Source: Candidatus Falkowbacteria bacterium
Lineage (GTDB): Bacteria > Patescibacteriota > Patescibacteriia > Patescibacteriales > UBA12465
Direction of reading: 5' to 3'
Length of the DNA: 64,000 nt
Assembly (NCBI GenBank): GCA_016432645.1
Contig: CP066698.1
Coordinates: 453,062-517,061 of the forward strand
Below the pieces are notes generated by a model. It did not search any database. It was given only the letters and a program-made list of their open reading frames with translations, and was not told the DNA's origin. Both the position numbers and the translations under genes were made by a program. This document shows, piece after piece, positions 28,801 to 36,891 of this stretch. Each line of letters starts with the position of its first letter. The first letter of the stretch is position 1.

Positions 28801-31107
28801 AAAATAATTATTTGTCCCAACAACATATAAACCATAATTCAACCCAGTACCGCTTACGGTACTAGCATTATTAAAATAACCACCGTAAGTATTCATATTT
28901 ACAGCTGCCGCACCATTAATTCCAGCCGTAAAAGGAGCTGATGGAAACGCCGAACCAGCGTTTTGAGAAATTTTTACCGCCGCTAATGTGCCGGCAACTG
29001 GATCAAAGTATGTACCTTGATAAAGGTGGCTTTCTCCGACCGCATAAATGTTGCCAGAGACATCCAATTTTGCCACCGGATTAGTTTTGCCAACACCAAC
29101 ATTAGTGCTGGTGGCTAAAAATAATTGATCTCCATTACCATCATTTGTAAAAAACATTAAAGGATGATTTGTTTTAGTGCCAATATAGGCCTTCCCTTGC
29201 CAAATAGATATTTCCGATTCCACATCGCTAGCACTATCCCTAACGGTGATAGCTGTGTCAGTGGCATTAGATACAAAAAGACCGGTATAAGATTGAGCGG
29301 CATCAGTGCCTGCCCCAACATGCAATCTAGCTCTAGGATTAGTTGTCCCAACACCCACGTTCCCATTCGTATCCGTCTTATAAACCGTTGTTCCGTTAGC
29401 GGTCCAACCGGAAGCCGAAGTAACTATTGGATTAATAAGAGCTGAGGTAGTTGTTGAATATAAAGTGCCAGTATTATCAGCCATCACCAACACATTACCC
29501 GCACCACCAAGCAAGGAATGAGTGGTGGTCAGCGTATTGCGTAAAGAGCCAATAACATCCAGTTTAACACCTGGGGTTGTCGTTCCAATTCCAAGATTGC
29601 CAGCAATTAATCCATTTCCTGAAATATTAAAATTACCCGTCTGCTGTGTTCCTGGGGTTGTTAACTGGAGGGCAACTGGCAAAGCTAAAGATGGTGACCA
29701 ACTTCCTCCTGCCGGAATGATAACTCCGCTGCCTAACTTTACATGAGGATCTGTAGACCCGGCGACAGAAGCGACGAGTATCCAATTACTAGGGATATCA
29801 ATATTGCTTCCGGTGTATTTTGTAATATACCAAGTGCCGACAGCGCCGGCACCACTTGTGCCGGGAGTGTGCGCCAGATATAATCCTTCCCATGAATTCA
29901 AAATTATACCATCAGTTGTAGCGCTTCGGGCCAATCCATCATAAACCTGACCAGCTGGTATATCAGTGGTTGGCATAATGATATCTATATAACCAGACAG
30001 CGAACTAGTGTGTGAAACTGGCGCTAAATACATTTTTGAAGTCCATTTCAATCTTCCACCGACACCCCCCCAAGTTACCGTCCCTCCGCCGCTCAATGTA
30101 AACTGGCCTTTGGTATAATCATTGGCCGCTCCTGTCATTATCCCTCTGTACGTATCAAGGGCACTGCGCGGATTTGTCGTTCCAATCCCGACATTACCGC
30201 TAAAAGTAGAGGTAGCGGTAACACGAAAACCACCAGCAATATCAAATTTGTAAGTTGGGTTGGTTATGCCAATTCCCACATTCCCCGAATTGGCATTATA
30301 CATATCGCTGCCGTTAACTGTCCATTGTCCTCCGCCGCCGGCCGCAACAATATCAGTCCAAGCCGCCTTACAATCTTCTTTGATACAAAAACGATTTCCT
30401 TTAACATCTCCTTCAATTGCCAAAGAAGCTGTCCAAGTCGTGGAAGTTCCGTAGCCGAAACCTTGGCCATCGTAGTAATTACCTAAAAGCAAAGTCGTAT
30501 TTAAATTGGAGTTAACAATGAGTGAACGGTTATGATCAATTTGAAAATCACCACCGGTAACCGTCAAGCGTGAATTAGGATTGCTTGTCCCTACGCCGAC
30601 ATTGCCAGTGTTATAATAAATTGCTGTCGCATTTGTTAACCATTGACTGGAAGAAAATGGACTGCCGTTATAAAGCAAGCTGCCCGTTAAATTAATATCG
30701 CCGACGACTGATAAAGCAGCAATCGGTGAAGTGGTCCCGATTCCGACATTTCCTGGAAAAGAATAATTGCCTCCGCCGAGGTTGCTGCCGAAAGCTCCGG
30801 CAGAGATATTGCCGGCGCTCATACTGCCGCCGTAAGAAGTACCGACAATTGGACCGTTAACTTGCAGCCCCGCGGCTGGTGCGGCGATGTTAATGCCTAG
30901 CGGCCCCTGCATCGTTGAGGAGCCGGTCTTATTCAAAAAGTCGCTAGCTAAATTATTCCATTCGCTAGCCGATAAAGTTCCATCCCAAGTCTTGTTATAA
31001 TCGTTTAAAAAGGCCTGGGCCGATTGCCCGGAAAATAAGAAAAAAGACCCAACTATTAAAATAGCGGTCGCTCTAATGACCTTATTTTTCTGGGTGATAT
31101 GCGGCAT
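25873..31107 (-). CDS. Giant surface fibre protein (1744 aa), GNVGIGT-repeat family
   Basis: It has a signal peptide (..SGQSAQA), five RNTL(A/T/S)TTHSLLGG cassettes and many GNVGIGTTNP motifs. It ends in a repeat (..KLDVSGTFKATASS..) with no distinct C-terminal knob. Confidence 0.8.
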   Translation of the reverse strand: MPHITQKNKVIRATAILIVGSFFLFSGQSAQAFLNDYNKTWDGTLSASEWNNLASDFLNKTGSSTMQGPLGINIAAPAAGLQVNGPIVGTSYGGSMSAGNISAGAFGSNLGGGNYSFPGNVGIGTTSPIAALSVVGDINLTGSLLYNGSPFSSSQWLTNATAIYYNTGNVGVGTSNPNSRLTVTGGDFQIDHNRSLIVNSNLNTTLLLGNYYDGQGFGYGTSTTWTASLAIEGDVKGNRFCIKEDCKAAWTDIVAAGGGGQWTVNGSDMYNANSGNVGIGITNPTYKFDIAGGFRVTATSTFSGNVGIGTTNPRSALDTYRGIMTGAANDYTKGQFTLSGGGTVTWGGVGGRLKWTSKMYLAPVSHTSSLSGYIDIIMPTTDIPAGQVYDGLARSATTDGIILNSWEGLYLAHTPGTSGAGAVGTWYITKYTGSNIDIPSNWILVASVAGSTDPHVKLGSGVIIPAGGSWSPSLALPVALQLTTPGTQQTGNFNISGNGLIAGNLGIGTTTPGVKLDVIGSLRNTLTTTHSLLGGAGNVLVMADNTGTLYSTTTSALINPIVTSASGWTANGTTVYKTDTNGNVGVGTTNPRARLHVGAGTDAAQSYTGLFVSNATDTAITVRDSASDVESEISIWQGKAYIGTKTNHPLMFFTNDGNGDQLFLATSTNVGVGKTNPVAKLDVSGNIYAVGESHLYQGTYFDPVAGTLAAVKISQNAGSAFPSAPFTAGINGAAAVNMNTYGGYFNNASTVSGTGLNYGLYVVGTNNYFAGNVGIGLTNPTTKLDVSGTLRNTLATTHSLLGGAGNVLVMADNTGTLYTTTTASFISGNSLDLWEGTKNGSIYNGDAGAGNVGIGTTNTTMGKFSVNGDVYVGTPGDGLRISSDVNYSYIDGIENPLVFRTRRTSGSDHIYFETSTTTRLFINGPSGNVGIGETNPQQKFTISGTSVATSTAQTNISAYGGGGIRINGSGSHSQDAITYQAISGGGAAIAFRRGGGYDTYLDFYTNTASSQGAITQAMTINNNGNVGIGITNPTAKLYVAGTSLNTLATTHSLLGGAGNVLVAADNTGALYSTSDPTSSGIFTTAGVNLVRNADLSFGENYWQAAGGYAGLVYSRTLADDVTAPVQSHKKVTYTITTLGTGDGWPLGFRIVNLKLNTDYNFSCYFRTTDTVDGRFHAERYYADWTSRSDADSNNFTYANDGAWHRESYYFNTGDRPNVDMRVRGFDILGTWDITGCQLTEGRQLNSFAVNPMDSVYVTDYKYPTAYALTPKIINNYGTMTNGYAIYVPAPEGTITNKYAFASESGAGNVGIGTTAPATALDVSGTFRNTLATTHSLLGGGGNVLVMSDNTGALYTTSTTSFLSGNSGWTVNGSNVYKTDINGNVGIGTTTPAAKLEIASSNETSALFRTYGNDNSFNISAPNYSGEVYIQASNSTTGANAWMFGLDDDETFRIGYGVKNEIDDSNTKFFISQAGNVGIGTINPAYRLDVNGTIFGNKFVNTGAGITPTTTGLFIYDVNGALASGDSLAVIRGYNYSNNNDSNLLVVGSAGASNWERLVVKNSGWVGIGTTNPGAMLDVTGSFRNTLSTTHSLLGGGGNVLVMADNTGALYTTSTASFLSGNSGWTVNGSNVYKTTSGNVGIGVTNPNSEIAVYKAGGAAITINDGTSTMAIEAWGGWGNVGTWNNTPLGLMVGDVTKATLDVNGNFGIGTTNPTYKLDVSGTFKATASSSSILLDADGNISIGI

Positions 31108-31167
31108 GTCTAGCTAATCAAAAAACTTTTAATATTACCCTTTTTTCTGTCAGTTGTTGTTGCCTTT

Positions 31168-31176
31168 ATTATATCA
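31168..31176 (-). promoter_or_regulatory. Extended -10 TGATATAAT upstream of the 1744-aa gene
   Basis: The reverse complement reads TGATATAAT, 61 nt before the ATG at 31107 and just after the PilX-like stop. Confidence 0.45.
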
Positions 31177-31197
31177 TTTTTCAATTTCGCTGACAAG

Positions 31198-31581
31198 CTA
31201 AAAATTGGCCTCAACGCTCCGTTTGGCACTCTGATATTCGCCCACGGAAACGAAGACGCGTGTCGGCTCGGCGTCAATGAAAAATTCCTTATAAGAAACG
31301 CCTGAACTCTCCAAATCACCGCTAATAATCGGGGTATCTAGCGAAATGTCGTCTTTGGTGTGCGGCAAGTTTTCCTTGCGTACTTGATATAAAATATTTT
31401 CCAAACCGGCCTCGGCCGCAAAATAGGCTTTAGTAGACTGCGCCTGCGTGCCACCGGCTTTAATGCCGGAGACAATAATGTAAGAACCGCTCATCGCGAC
31501 CACCAGCATGCCCGCCAAAATAAACATCGTTAAAATCATAGCGCTGCCGGCTTTAAATTTTTTAATATTTAAGAAAACCAT
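31198..31581 (-). CDS. PilX-like minor pilin / pilus assembly protein
   Basis: The N-terminus ..KAGSAMILTMFILAGMLVVAMSGSYIIV resembles the PilX N-terminal domain. It is the last gene of the pseudopilin cluster. Confidence 0.5.
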   Translation of the reverse strand: MVFLNIKKFKAGSAMILTMFILAGMLVVAMSGSYIIVSGIKAGGTQAQSTKAYFAAEAGLENILYQVRKENLPHTKDDISLDTPIISGDLESSGVSYKEFFIDAEPTRVFVSVGEYQSAKRSVEANF

Positions 31582-31591
31582 AAATTAATTA

Positions 31592-32167
31592 TTAACGATA
31601 AAAACGCGAACTAACGGTCGTTTGAATATCCATTTCTGATTTATAGCGGTCTTCCCCGGCGGCCCAAGCCTTAATATTAACCGTGACGGCAACTTGTCCG
31701 GTGCCATCAACCGCAAATTCCAAAGTATCAATTAAAATTTTGGCCGGCGAAATAAAACCGGAACTTAAGTTCCCCGGAGTGTTGCGTTCAATTTTAAAGC
31801 GCTGTTTGCCATTATCATCTTCCAGATAATAATAAACGCACTCGTCATAATAATTTCTGAATTGCAAAACCCCGCCCAAAGAATTGCTGGTCAGTAAAAA
31901 TATGTTACCGGCCGGAATATCCGGACAGACATTCTCATTCTTCTTCGCCATGCGCATCTCTTTGCCGATAACTTCAAAAAAATATTTCAAACTTTCTTGT
32001 ACGTTTTGGCTGGCAATCGCATCGCGCTGCCCCTGAATGACCAGGCGAAAAATTTCCGTGGCCGACAAAATAATTGTCACGAACAAAGCAACGGAAACCA
32101 AAACCTCAACCAAGGAAAAGCCCGATTTTTCAGAACTATTTTTAGTTTTATCATTAGCGCCAATCAT
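31592..32167 (-). CDS. Prepilin-type minor pilin (PilW-like)
   Basis: Prepilin cleavage/methylation motif KSG|FSLVEVLVSVALFV. Confidence 0.65.
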   Translation of the reverse strand: MIGANDKTKNSSEKSGFSLVEVLVSVALFVTIILSATEIFRLVIQGQRDAIASQNVQESLKYFFEVIGKEMRMAKKNENVCPDIPAGNIFLLTSNSLGGVLQFRNYYDECVYYYLEDDNGKQRFKIERNTPGNLSSGFISPAKILIDTLEFAVDGTGQVAVTVNIKAWAAGEDRYKSEMDIQTTVSSRFYR

Positions 32168-32651
32168 AAAAAAGAGTCTCTAAATCATAATTAAAAACCT
32201 TATCGCGGTCATACCAGACAACATGCGCATACACTCGCATCGAACCGCCATCAATTGGAATAATTTCAATCGTCCGCTTAAAAGGCGTTAATGACGTTAC
32301 GCCGCCATGAATATAAAAACCGTTGTTATCCAAATATAATTCACTGTCAGTATCATGCGTAATTAGAGTCGGGGTTTCATCCAGGTAATCCATAAAATAA
32401 GAACCGGCGCCTAAATTCAAATTCCAAGCATCGCCGTTTCGCCAGTTAGTATCCCGCGTTTTTCGAATAAGCTCCAATCCTTCTTGAGCGAGCTGGTAAG
32501 CGGCAATCGTCCGTTTATTAATATTTTGGCTTTGAATATTTTGCACAATCAAAGATAAGACGCCGATGAGCCCCAAGGAAATAACAAACAAAACCGCCAA
32601 TACTTCCACTAACGTAAATCCGGATTTATTTTTTAGGAATTTTAATTTCAT
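32154..32651 (-). CDS. Prepilin-type minor pilin (PilV-like)
   Basis: KSG|FTLVEVLAVLFVISLGLIGVLSL...AYQLAQEGLELIR. It overlaps the next gene by 14 nt. Confidence 0.65.
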   Translation of the reverse strand: MKLKFLKNKSGFTLVEVLAVLFVISLGLIGVLSLIVQNIQSQNINKRTIAAYQLAQEGLELIRKTRDTNWRNGDAWNLNLGAGSYFMDYLDETPTLITHDTDSELYLDNNGFYIHGGVTSLTPFKRTIEIIPIDGGSMRVYAHVVWYDRDKVFNYDLETLFYDWR

Positions 32652-32652
32652 A

Positions 32653-33246
32653 TTAATTGATTACTTCGGCCAACCCTAAAAAATTAACTTTAATTGTTTT
32701 AATTGTATTGCCGCGCAATTCTTTAATATCAATTTCTAAAGCCGTAGAAGTCGCCCCGGAAGAATAAATATTGGTACGCGGATCAGGCGGCAAAAAAGTA
32801 ACGCTCGCCGATTCAACCGGATTAGTATTAGAGCCGGAATAAATGCGCAAGGCGCTAATTTCTGTTTGTGCCGACAAAGGCACGATGCGCGCGCCTTGAT
32901 TCGGATCGCCTTCATCGGAACTATAATCACGGTAACCACTTTCTCCTGGAGCATTTAAATCGGCAAACAAAATATACTGATTTTTATTAGTTAAATCAAA
33001 ATGAACACCCCAGCCGCCCGCCGGAACTTCGGTGCCATATTTTAATAAGCCCAAAGAATTATTTTGCGCTTGATGAATATCGGAAACCAGCGCCTGCGAC
33101 GACATCACAATATCCGTGCGCTTATTGGTCGTATTATAATTGGTCACAAAAATAGCGGTAATAAAAGCAATTATGGAGACCGAAACAATCATCTCCACAA
33201 AAGTCAGGCCCGGCCGAAATAATTTTAGTTGTCGCTTATTTTTCAT
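32653..33246 (-). CDS. Prepilin-type minor pilin (FimT/GspH-like)
   Basis: Start moved to MKNKRQLK (ATG 33244-33246). Motif RPG|LTFVEMIVSVSIIAFITAIF. Confidence 0.6.
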   Translation of the reverse strand: MKNKRQLKLFRPGLTFVEMIVSVSIIAFITAIFVTNYNTTNKRTDIVMSSQALVSDIHQAQNNSLGLLKYGTEVPAGGWGVHFDLTNKNQYILFADLNAPGESGYRDYSSDEGDPNQGARIVPLSAQTEISALRIYSGSNTNPVESASVTFLPPDPRTNIYSSGATSTALEIDIKELRGNTIKTIKVNFLGLAEVIN

Positions 33247-33253
33247 GATATTT

Positions 33254-34696
33254 TTATTGAGCTTTAATTTCATGCCAAATCGGCAAATCATAATTTACCC
33301 TAAATTCCGGCGAAGAGCTGCTACAAACATAACCTTCCGCATCGGTGACCGACAAAGTCACCCGCGTATTGGTCGCCGTAAAGAAATTAATTCCAGTAAC
33401 CGCACTGGTCGTGGCATAAATAGTTGCATCGGCATCAGTCGTCGTCCAGAAATAAGAACAGCGTCCCGGCTCACAGCTAACCGGCAACTGGGGGTTAGCG
33501 GTAAGATAAGCGTAAGAATCGCTGGTAAAAGTAGTCGTGGTTCCGGTCATTACCTCCAGCGGTGCCCAGGAAAAGAAAGGATTAGGAAACTCGTGTTTAA
33601 AAGTTTGAAAAGTCATGGCATTGCCATCCAAATTCTGGTCGGTATCGGCGATGCTATTGCTGACATATTGATACCATTCCGTCGGATTATTTTCTTCATC
33701 ATAGGCTCTAATCCACCAATAATAAGCGGTTCCATATTGCAAACGATTACCGCAATAAGGATTAGAATTAGAAATAATATATTGAGTCGCCGAAGGATTG
33801 TTAACCTTCTCCGACCAACAAACAAAAGCGCCGCTCGTCGTGCTCATTACATTACTGTCATTAACAATCACCTCATAAGCAGTCTGGGTGCCGCTCAATT
33901 TTCCCCAACGCAAAACCGCTTGCAGAGCATTGCCCGTACAAGCACTGGAATAAGACCAGTTTGGCGCCGACAAGCGTCCGAGGCGTAAATTTTTAACATA
34001 AACTTTGTATTGTCTGGTATCACAAGTTCCAAGTCCGGGATAGTCTTCACTTTCGCAGTTAAAGCTGATGTCGTTAAAAGAACCGGCTGAAGCTGTGCCG
34101 ACAAAATCGCCGGAAGAAACGCTATATCCCGGAAGCACCGGATCTAAATCATTAGACTGCAGTTTTACCGGAACGCTGGAAGTGGAATTAAGCTTTATCC
34201 AATCACCGTTATATTCTATGCGCGCATAGCCATAAACCGATTGGTCGCTTTCATCATAGCAAGCAATACAATTAGTACCCGTGCTGCAAGTTGGACAATG
34301 GGCCGCGGCAAAATCATAATCCGGCGGCGCGTTGACGCCGTCATATTCAAAACTAATATAGCCCATCGAGGGATTCCAGGCCTTGCCTAAAAAAATATTA
34401 CTAGTATTGATTTCCACGCCGTGGACAAATTTATCACAAGGCTCGGCATAAAAATGAAAAAGCAATGCCGCTGGGGCGACGTACCTAGTGCCACCGTTTA
34501 AATTGGCGACTTCATCAAAACGATTACCAATCACGTCGTCTGTGCAGCTAAAATAAATATAGCCCTTATTGCCCCAATAAGCTTGGCCGCGAACAACGGA
34601 ATTAGCGGCCTGTGCCGAATCAGCCAGCATTAAAAATCCGGAAAATACAAAAAAACCGACTAGTAAAAAAATTAATTTTCTGGCTCTTTCAAACAT
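33254..34696 (-). CDS. Secreted 480-aa protein heading the minor-pilin operon (PKD-like C-terminus), unknown function
   Basis: It has a signal peptide (..ADSAQA), Cys pairs, and a C-terminal segment ..RVTLSVTDAEGYVCSSS.. resembling a PKD/Ig-like fold. Confidence 0.5.
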   Translation of the reverse strand: MFERARKLIFLLVGFFVFSGFLMLADSAQAANSVVRGQAYWGNKGYIYFSCTDDVIGNRFDEVANLNGGTRYVAPAALLFHFYAEPCDKFVHGVEINTSNIFLGKAWNPSMGYISFEYDGVNAPPDYDFAAAHCPTCSTGTNCIACYDESDQSVYGYARIEYNGDWIKLNSTSSVPVKLQSNDLDPVLPGYSVSSGDFVGTASAGSFNDISFNCESEDYPGLGTCDTRQYKVYVKNLRLGRLSAPNWSYSSACTGNALQAVLRWGKLSGTQTAYEVIVNDSNVMSTTSGAFVCWSEKVNNPSATQYIISNSNPYCGNRLQYGTAYYWWIRAYDEENNPTEWYQYVSNSIADTDQNLDGNAMTFQTFKHEFPNPFFSWAPLEVMTGTTTTFTSDSYAYLTANPQLPVSCEPGRCSYFWTTTDADATIYATTSAVTGINFFTATNTRVTLSVTDAEGYVCSSSSPEFRVNYDLPIWHEIKAQ

Positions 34697-34736
34697 ATTT
34701 TAATCAGCGCGGCCTTACCAGTCCGCCTTGATTTAA

Positions 34737-35189
34737 TTATACCACTTTTTTTTGAAAAAATCCGCTTAAAAACTTGCTTCCCAAAATTATCATCGCTTGA
34801 CGGCCTTTCTCGGTTTTATCGTCGTAACCTAACAGATGTAGCAGTCCGTGAACCAATAAAAAATAGAAAATATAGCTGGATGTTTTTTTGTCGCCGAACA
34901 TTTCCTGATATTTAAAAGTGCGCGCTGCTTCCTGAATATTAATAAATATCTCTCCTAAAAATTCTGGGGAATTTTTAATGGTCAGCTTGTCCGGCGAAAA
35001 AGATAAAACATCTGTTGTTTTATCAACCCCCCGGAACTGATAATTTAAGCTCTGCATTTTTTTATCACCGATAATAACCAGCGATACTTCCAAGGCTTCT
35101 TTTTTATAAAAACGCAGAACATAATCCGCGAGTGCTTGGGCGGTCTTTTGATTTATTTTTTGCTTGGTTTTATTGGCAATTTCTAACAT
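34737..35189 (-). CDS. ybeY: rRNA maturation endoribonuclease YbeY
   Basis: 150 aa with the metal-binding motif HGLLHLLGYDD. Confidence 0.85.
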   Translation of the reverse strand: MLEIANKTKQKINQKTAQALADYVLRFYKKEALEVSLVIIGDKKMQSLNYQFRGVDKTTDVLSFSPDKLTIKNSPEFLGEIFINIQEAARTFKYQEMFGDKKTSSYIFYFLLVHGLLHLLGYDDKTEKGRQAMIILGSKFLSGFFQKKVV

Positions 35190-35193
35190 ATAG

Positions 35194-36201
35194 TTATTTT
35201 AAAACTCGCTTTATTTTTTTTAATCCTTGATATAACTTATAAACTCCCGCTTGCAAAACAATATCAAACACTCCGAAGTATTCTCGTATTTCCCCGCCGA
35301 AGCCCAGCTTAAAGCGCGTGACCCCCGGCCATTTTTTCTCATTCACACCATAAAAATCATATATTTCCGCACCGGCCGTCTGGGTATGCTTGATTATTTC
35401 CCATTGCAGCAGATACGGGGCCATAACATTCCGATATTCATTATCGCTGGCGCCGTGCAGATAAGTTGCCTGCGAACCGAAGCGGCAGATTAAAGCAGTG
35501 GCAATTTTTCGGCCTTCATATTCAGCAAAAAATAATTGAATAAAATCAGAAGGAGTCTTTAATAAATTTTGATAATGTTTTTGCCCGTGAATTCGGAAGC
35601 CATCGCGCTCACCAGTCAAACTCATTAAGCGCCAAAAATCAGAAAAATCGGCAGCGCTTCCCGAGATAATCCGCACGCCTTTTTTTTCGGCAAGACGGAT
35701 ATTATAACGGGTTTTCTGATGCATAGCCGCCAATAAATTTTCCGGAGAATTTTTTAAATCCAAAATTAAAGTTTTTTGGGGCTGGATATCGGACGCTGCT
35801 TTATAACTAACTGACAGTTGAGCGAGCTGTTTAACCTGTAAAATATTTTGCGCCGGTTCAATTTTGAGAAAAACCGATTTTGGGTAATCAGCCTTCAATT
35901 TAGAAACAACAGCCGCCGTAATTTTCGCGGCCTCCTCCGCCTCGATTCCTGCCTCAAAAATCGGCCCGCGCGGCACGTACCAATAAAAAAATCCCGCCGG
36001 AAGATTTTCCTTTATTAAACAAAAAAGCGCATTTATTTTTTTATGGTCATCGACAGCAGCTAAGACTAGAGCTACCTTCCCTTCGCGTTCCATCGCTTCA
36101 GCCCATTGCGGACTTGCCAAAAACTCCAAACCTGAAATGCCGGGATTGCGATACAAGAAATCTTGCCATTTATTTTTGTCTTTCAATCTAATTATTTCCA
36201 T
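35194..36201 (-). CDS. FemAB-family peptidoglycan interpeptide-bridge peptidyltransferase
   Basis: 335 aa with FemAB-like blocks (..KTRYNIRLAEKKGV.., ..YLHGASDNEYRNVMAPYLLQWEIIK..). Confidence 0.75.
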   Translation of the reverse strand: MEIIRLKDKNKWQDFLYRNPGISGLEFLASPQWAEAMEREGKVALVLAAVDDHKKINALFCLIKENLPAGFFYWYVPRGPIFEAGIEAEEAAKITAAVVSKLKADYPKSVFLKIEPAQNILQVKQLAQLSVSYKAASDIQPQKTLILDLKNSPENLLAAMHQKTRYNIRLAEKKGVRIISGSAADFSDFWRLMSLTGERDGFRIHGQKHYQNLLKTPSDFIQLFFAEYEGRKIATALICRFGSQATYLHGASDNEYRNVMAPYLLQWEIIKHTQTAGAEIYDFYGVNEKKWPGVTRFKLGFGGEIREYFGVFDIVLQAGVYKLYQGLKKIKRVLK

Positions 36202-36207
36202 AGAAAA

Positions 36208-36216
36208 AGTATAGCA
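36208..36216 (-). promoter_or_regulatory. Extended -10 TGCTATACT 6 nt from the FemAB-family gene ATG (leaderless-type)
   Basis: The minus strand reads TGCTATACT-TTTTCT-ATG, directly after the pilin terminator. Confidence 0.45.
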
Positions 36217-36221
36217 TAAAC

Positions 36222-36252
36222 ATAAAAAGAGGCTAGTTTTACTAGCCTCTTT
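36222..36252 (-). terminator. Rho-independent terminator of pilin gene 2
   Basis: gaggctagt-ttt-actagcctc. The minus strand is followed by TTTTTAT. Confidence 0.8.
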
Positions 36253-36288
36253 GATAGATATAAATTGTGGAGATAAAAACAGGAATGA

Positions 36289-36756
36289 TTAAAGCTTAAT
36301 ACCAGCCGGAGAAGCGGTCTGCAAAGCATTGCCCGGAACGGTATTGATGGTTGCGCCTAAACAATAATTAATTGTATAGGAACCGCCGGTGCCGCTGGTT
36401 GTTTGCTTGGCGTAAGTATATTTTGGCTGAACCGAAGGACAAGAACCGCCATCAACTGGAGACGGAGGAGTTGGGACTGAGGCTAAATAAACATTGCCAG
36501 CAGTGGAAGTGATGGCGTCCCCTGGATCGACTAAAGTTGCCACCGGGTACTGCCCTTCTTCGTTATAGTATAACTCCAGGGCTGTTTGAATTTGTTTGAC
36601 ATCGGAAATACGTTTGGCGTCGCGCGCTCTGGCTCTGGCTTGGTTAAGAGCGAGAACAGACATTGTGGATAATAAGCCGATAATCGCGATAACGACTAAC
36701 AATTCGATGAGCGTAAATCCTTTTTTATTTTGTTGATAGTTAGGAGTTTTCCACAT
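36289..36756 (-). CDS. Type IV major pilin (PilA-like), copy 2
   Basis: KKG|FTLIELLVVIAIIGLLSTMSVLALNQARARARDAKR. It is about 85-90% identical to copy 1 except for a central block. Confidence 0.85.
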   Translation of the reverse strand: MWKTPNYQQNKKGFTLIELLVVIAIIGLLSTMSVLALNQARARARDAKRISDVKQIQTALELYYNEEGQYPVATLVDPGDAITSTAGNVYLASVPTPPSPVDGGSCPSVQPKYTYAKQTTSGTGGSYTINYCLGATINTVPGNALQTASPAGIKL

Positions 36757-36785
36757 AGTGATTTAAAAAATTAATTTATGTTTTT

Positions 36786-36796
36786 ATTATATCACA
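36786..36796 (-). promoter_or_regulatory. Extended -10 TGTGATATAAT for pilin copy 2
   Basis: Reverse complement of 36786-36796, 30 nt before the ATG at 36756. Confidence 0.5.
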
Positions 36797-36823
36797 AAAA
36801 AATAAAAAATAATTAATAATACA

Positions 36824-36852
36824 AAAAGAGGCTAGTAAAACTAGCCTCTTAT
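36824..36852 (-). terminator. Rho-independent terminator of pilin gene 1
   Basis: agaggctag-taaaa-ctagcctct. It has the same stem as 36229-36249 with the loop inverted. The minus strand is followed by TTTTTG. Confidence 0.8.
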
Positions 36853-36891
36853 ATAAGAGAGAGAGATTTTTTAATTAAAGACGAAAAATGC

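Noticed and set aside
18719-31107. Antisense or alternative-frame ORFs within the giant fibre genes (e.g. 21429-21926, 22737-22991, 26646-26918, 29164-29445)
   Set aside because: Same reasoning as above: they are embedded in 5-kb ORFs with coherent repeat architecture and have no independent signals.
31110-31319. 69-aa minus ORF overlapping the PilX-like gene's end and the fibre promoter
   Set aside because: It is out of frame with the supported PilX-like ORF, spans the intergenic promoter, and has no RBS or domain.
33140-33988. 282-aa plus-strand ORF
   Set aside because: It lies entirely antisense to two well-supported minus-strand genes (the FimT-like pseudopilin and the 480-aa secreted protein). 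Its Arg/Ile/Ser-rich low-complexity translation has no start context. It is a typical shadow ORF.
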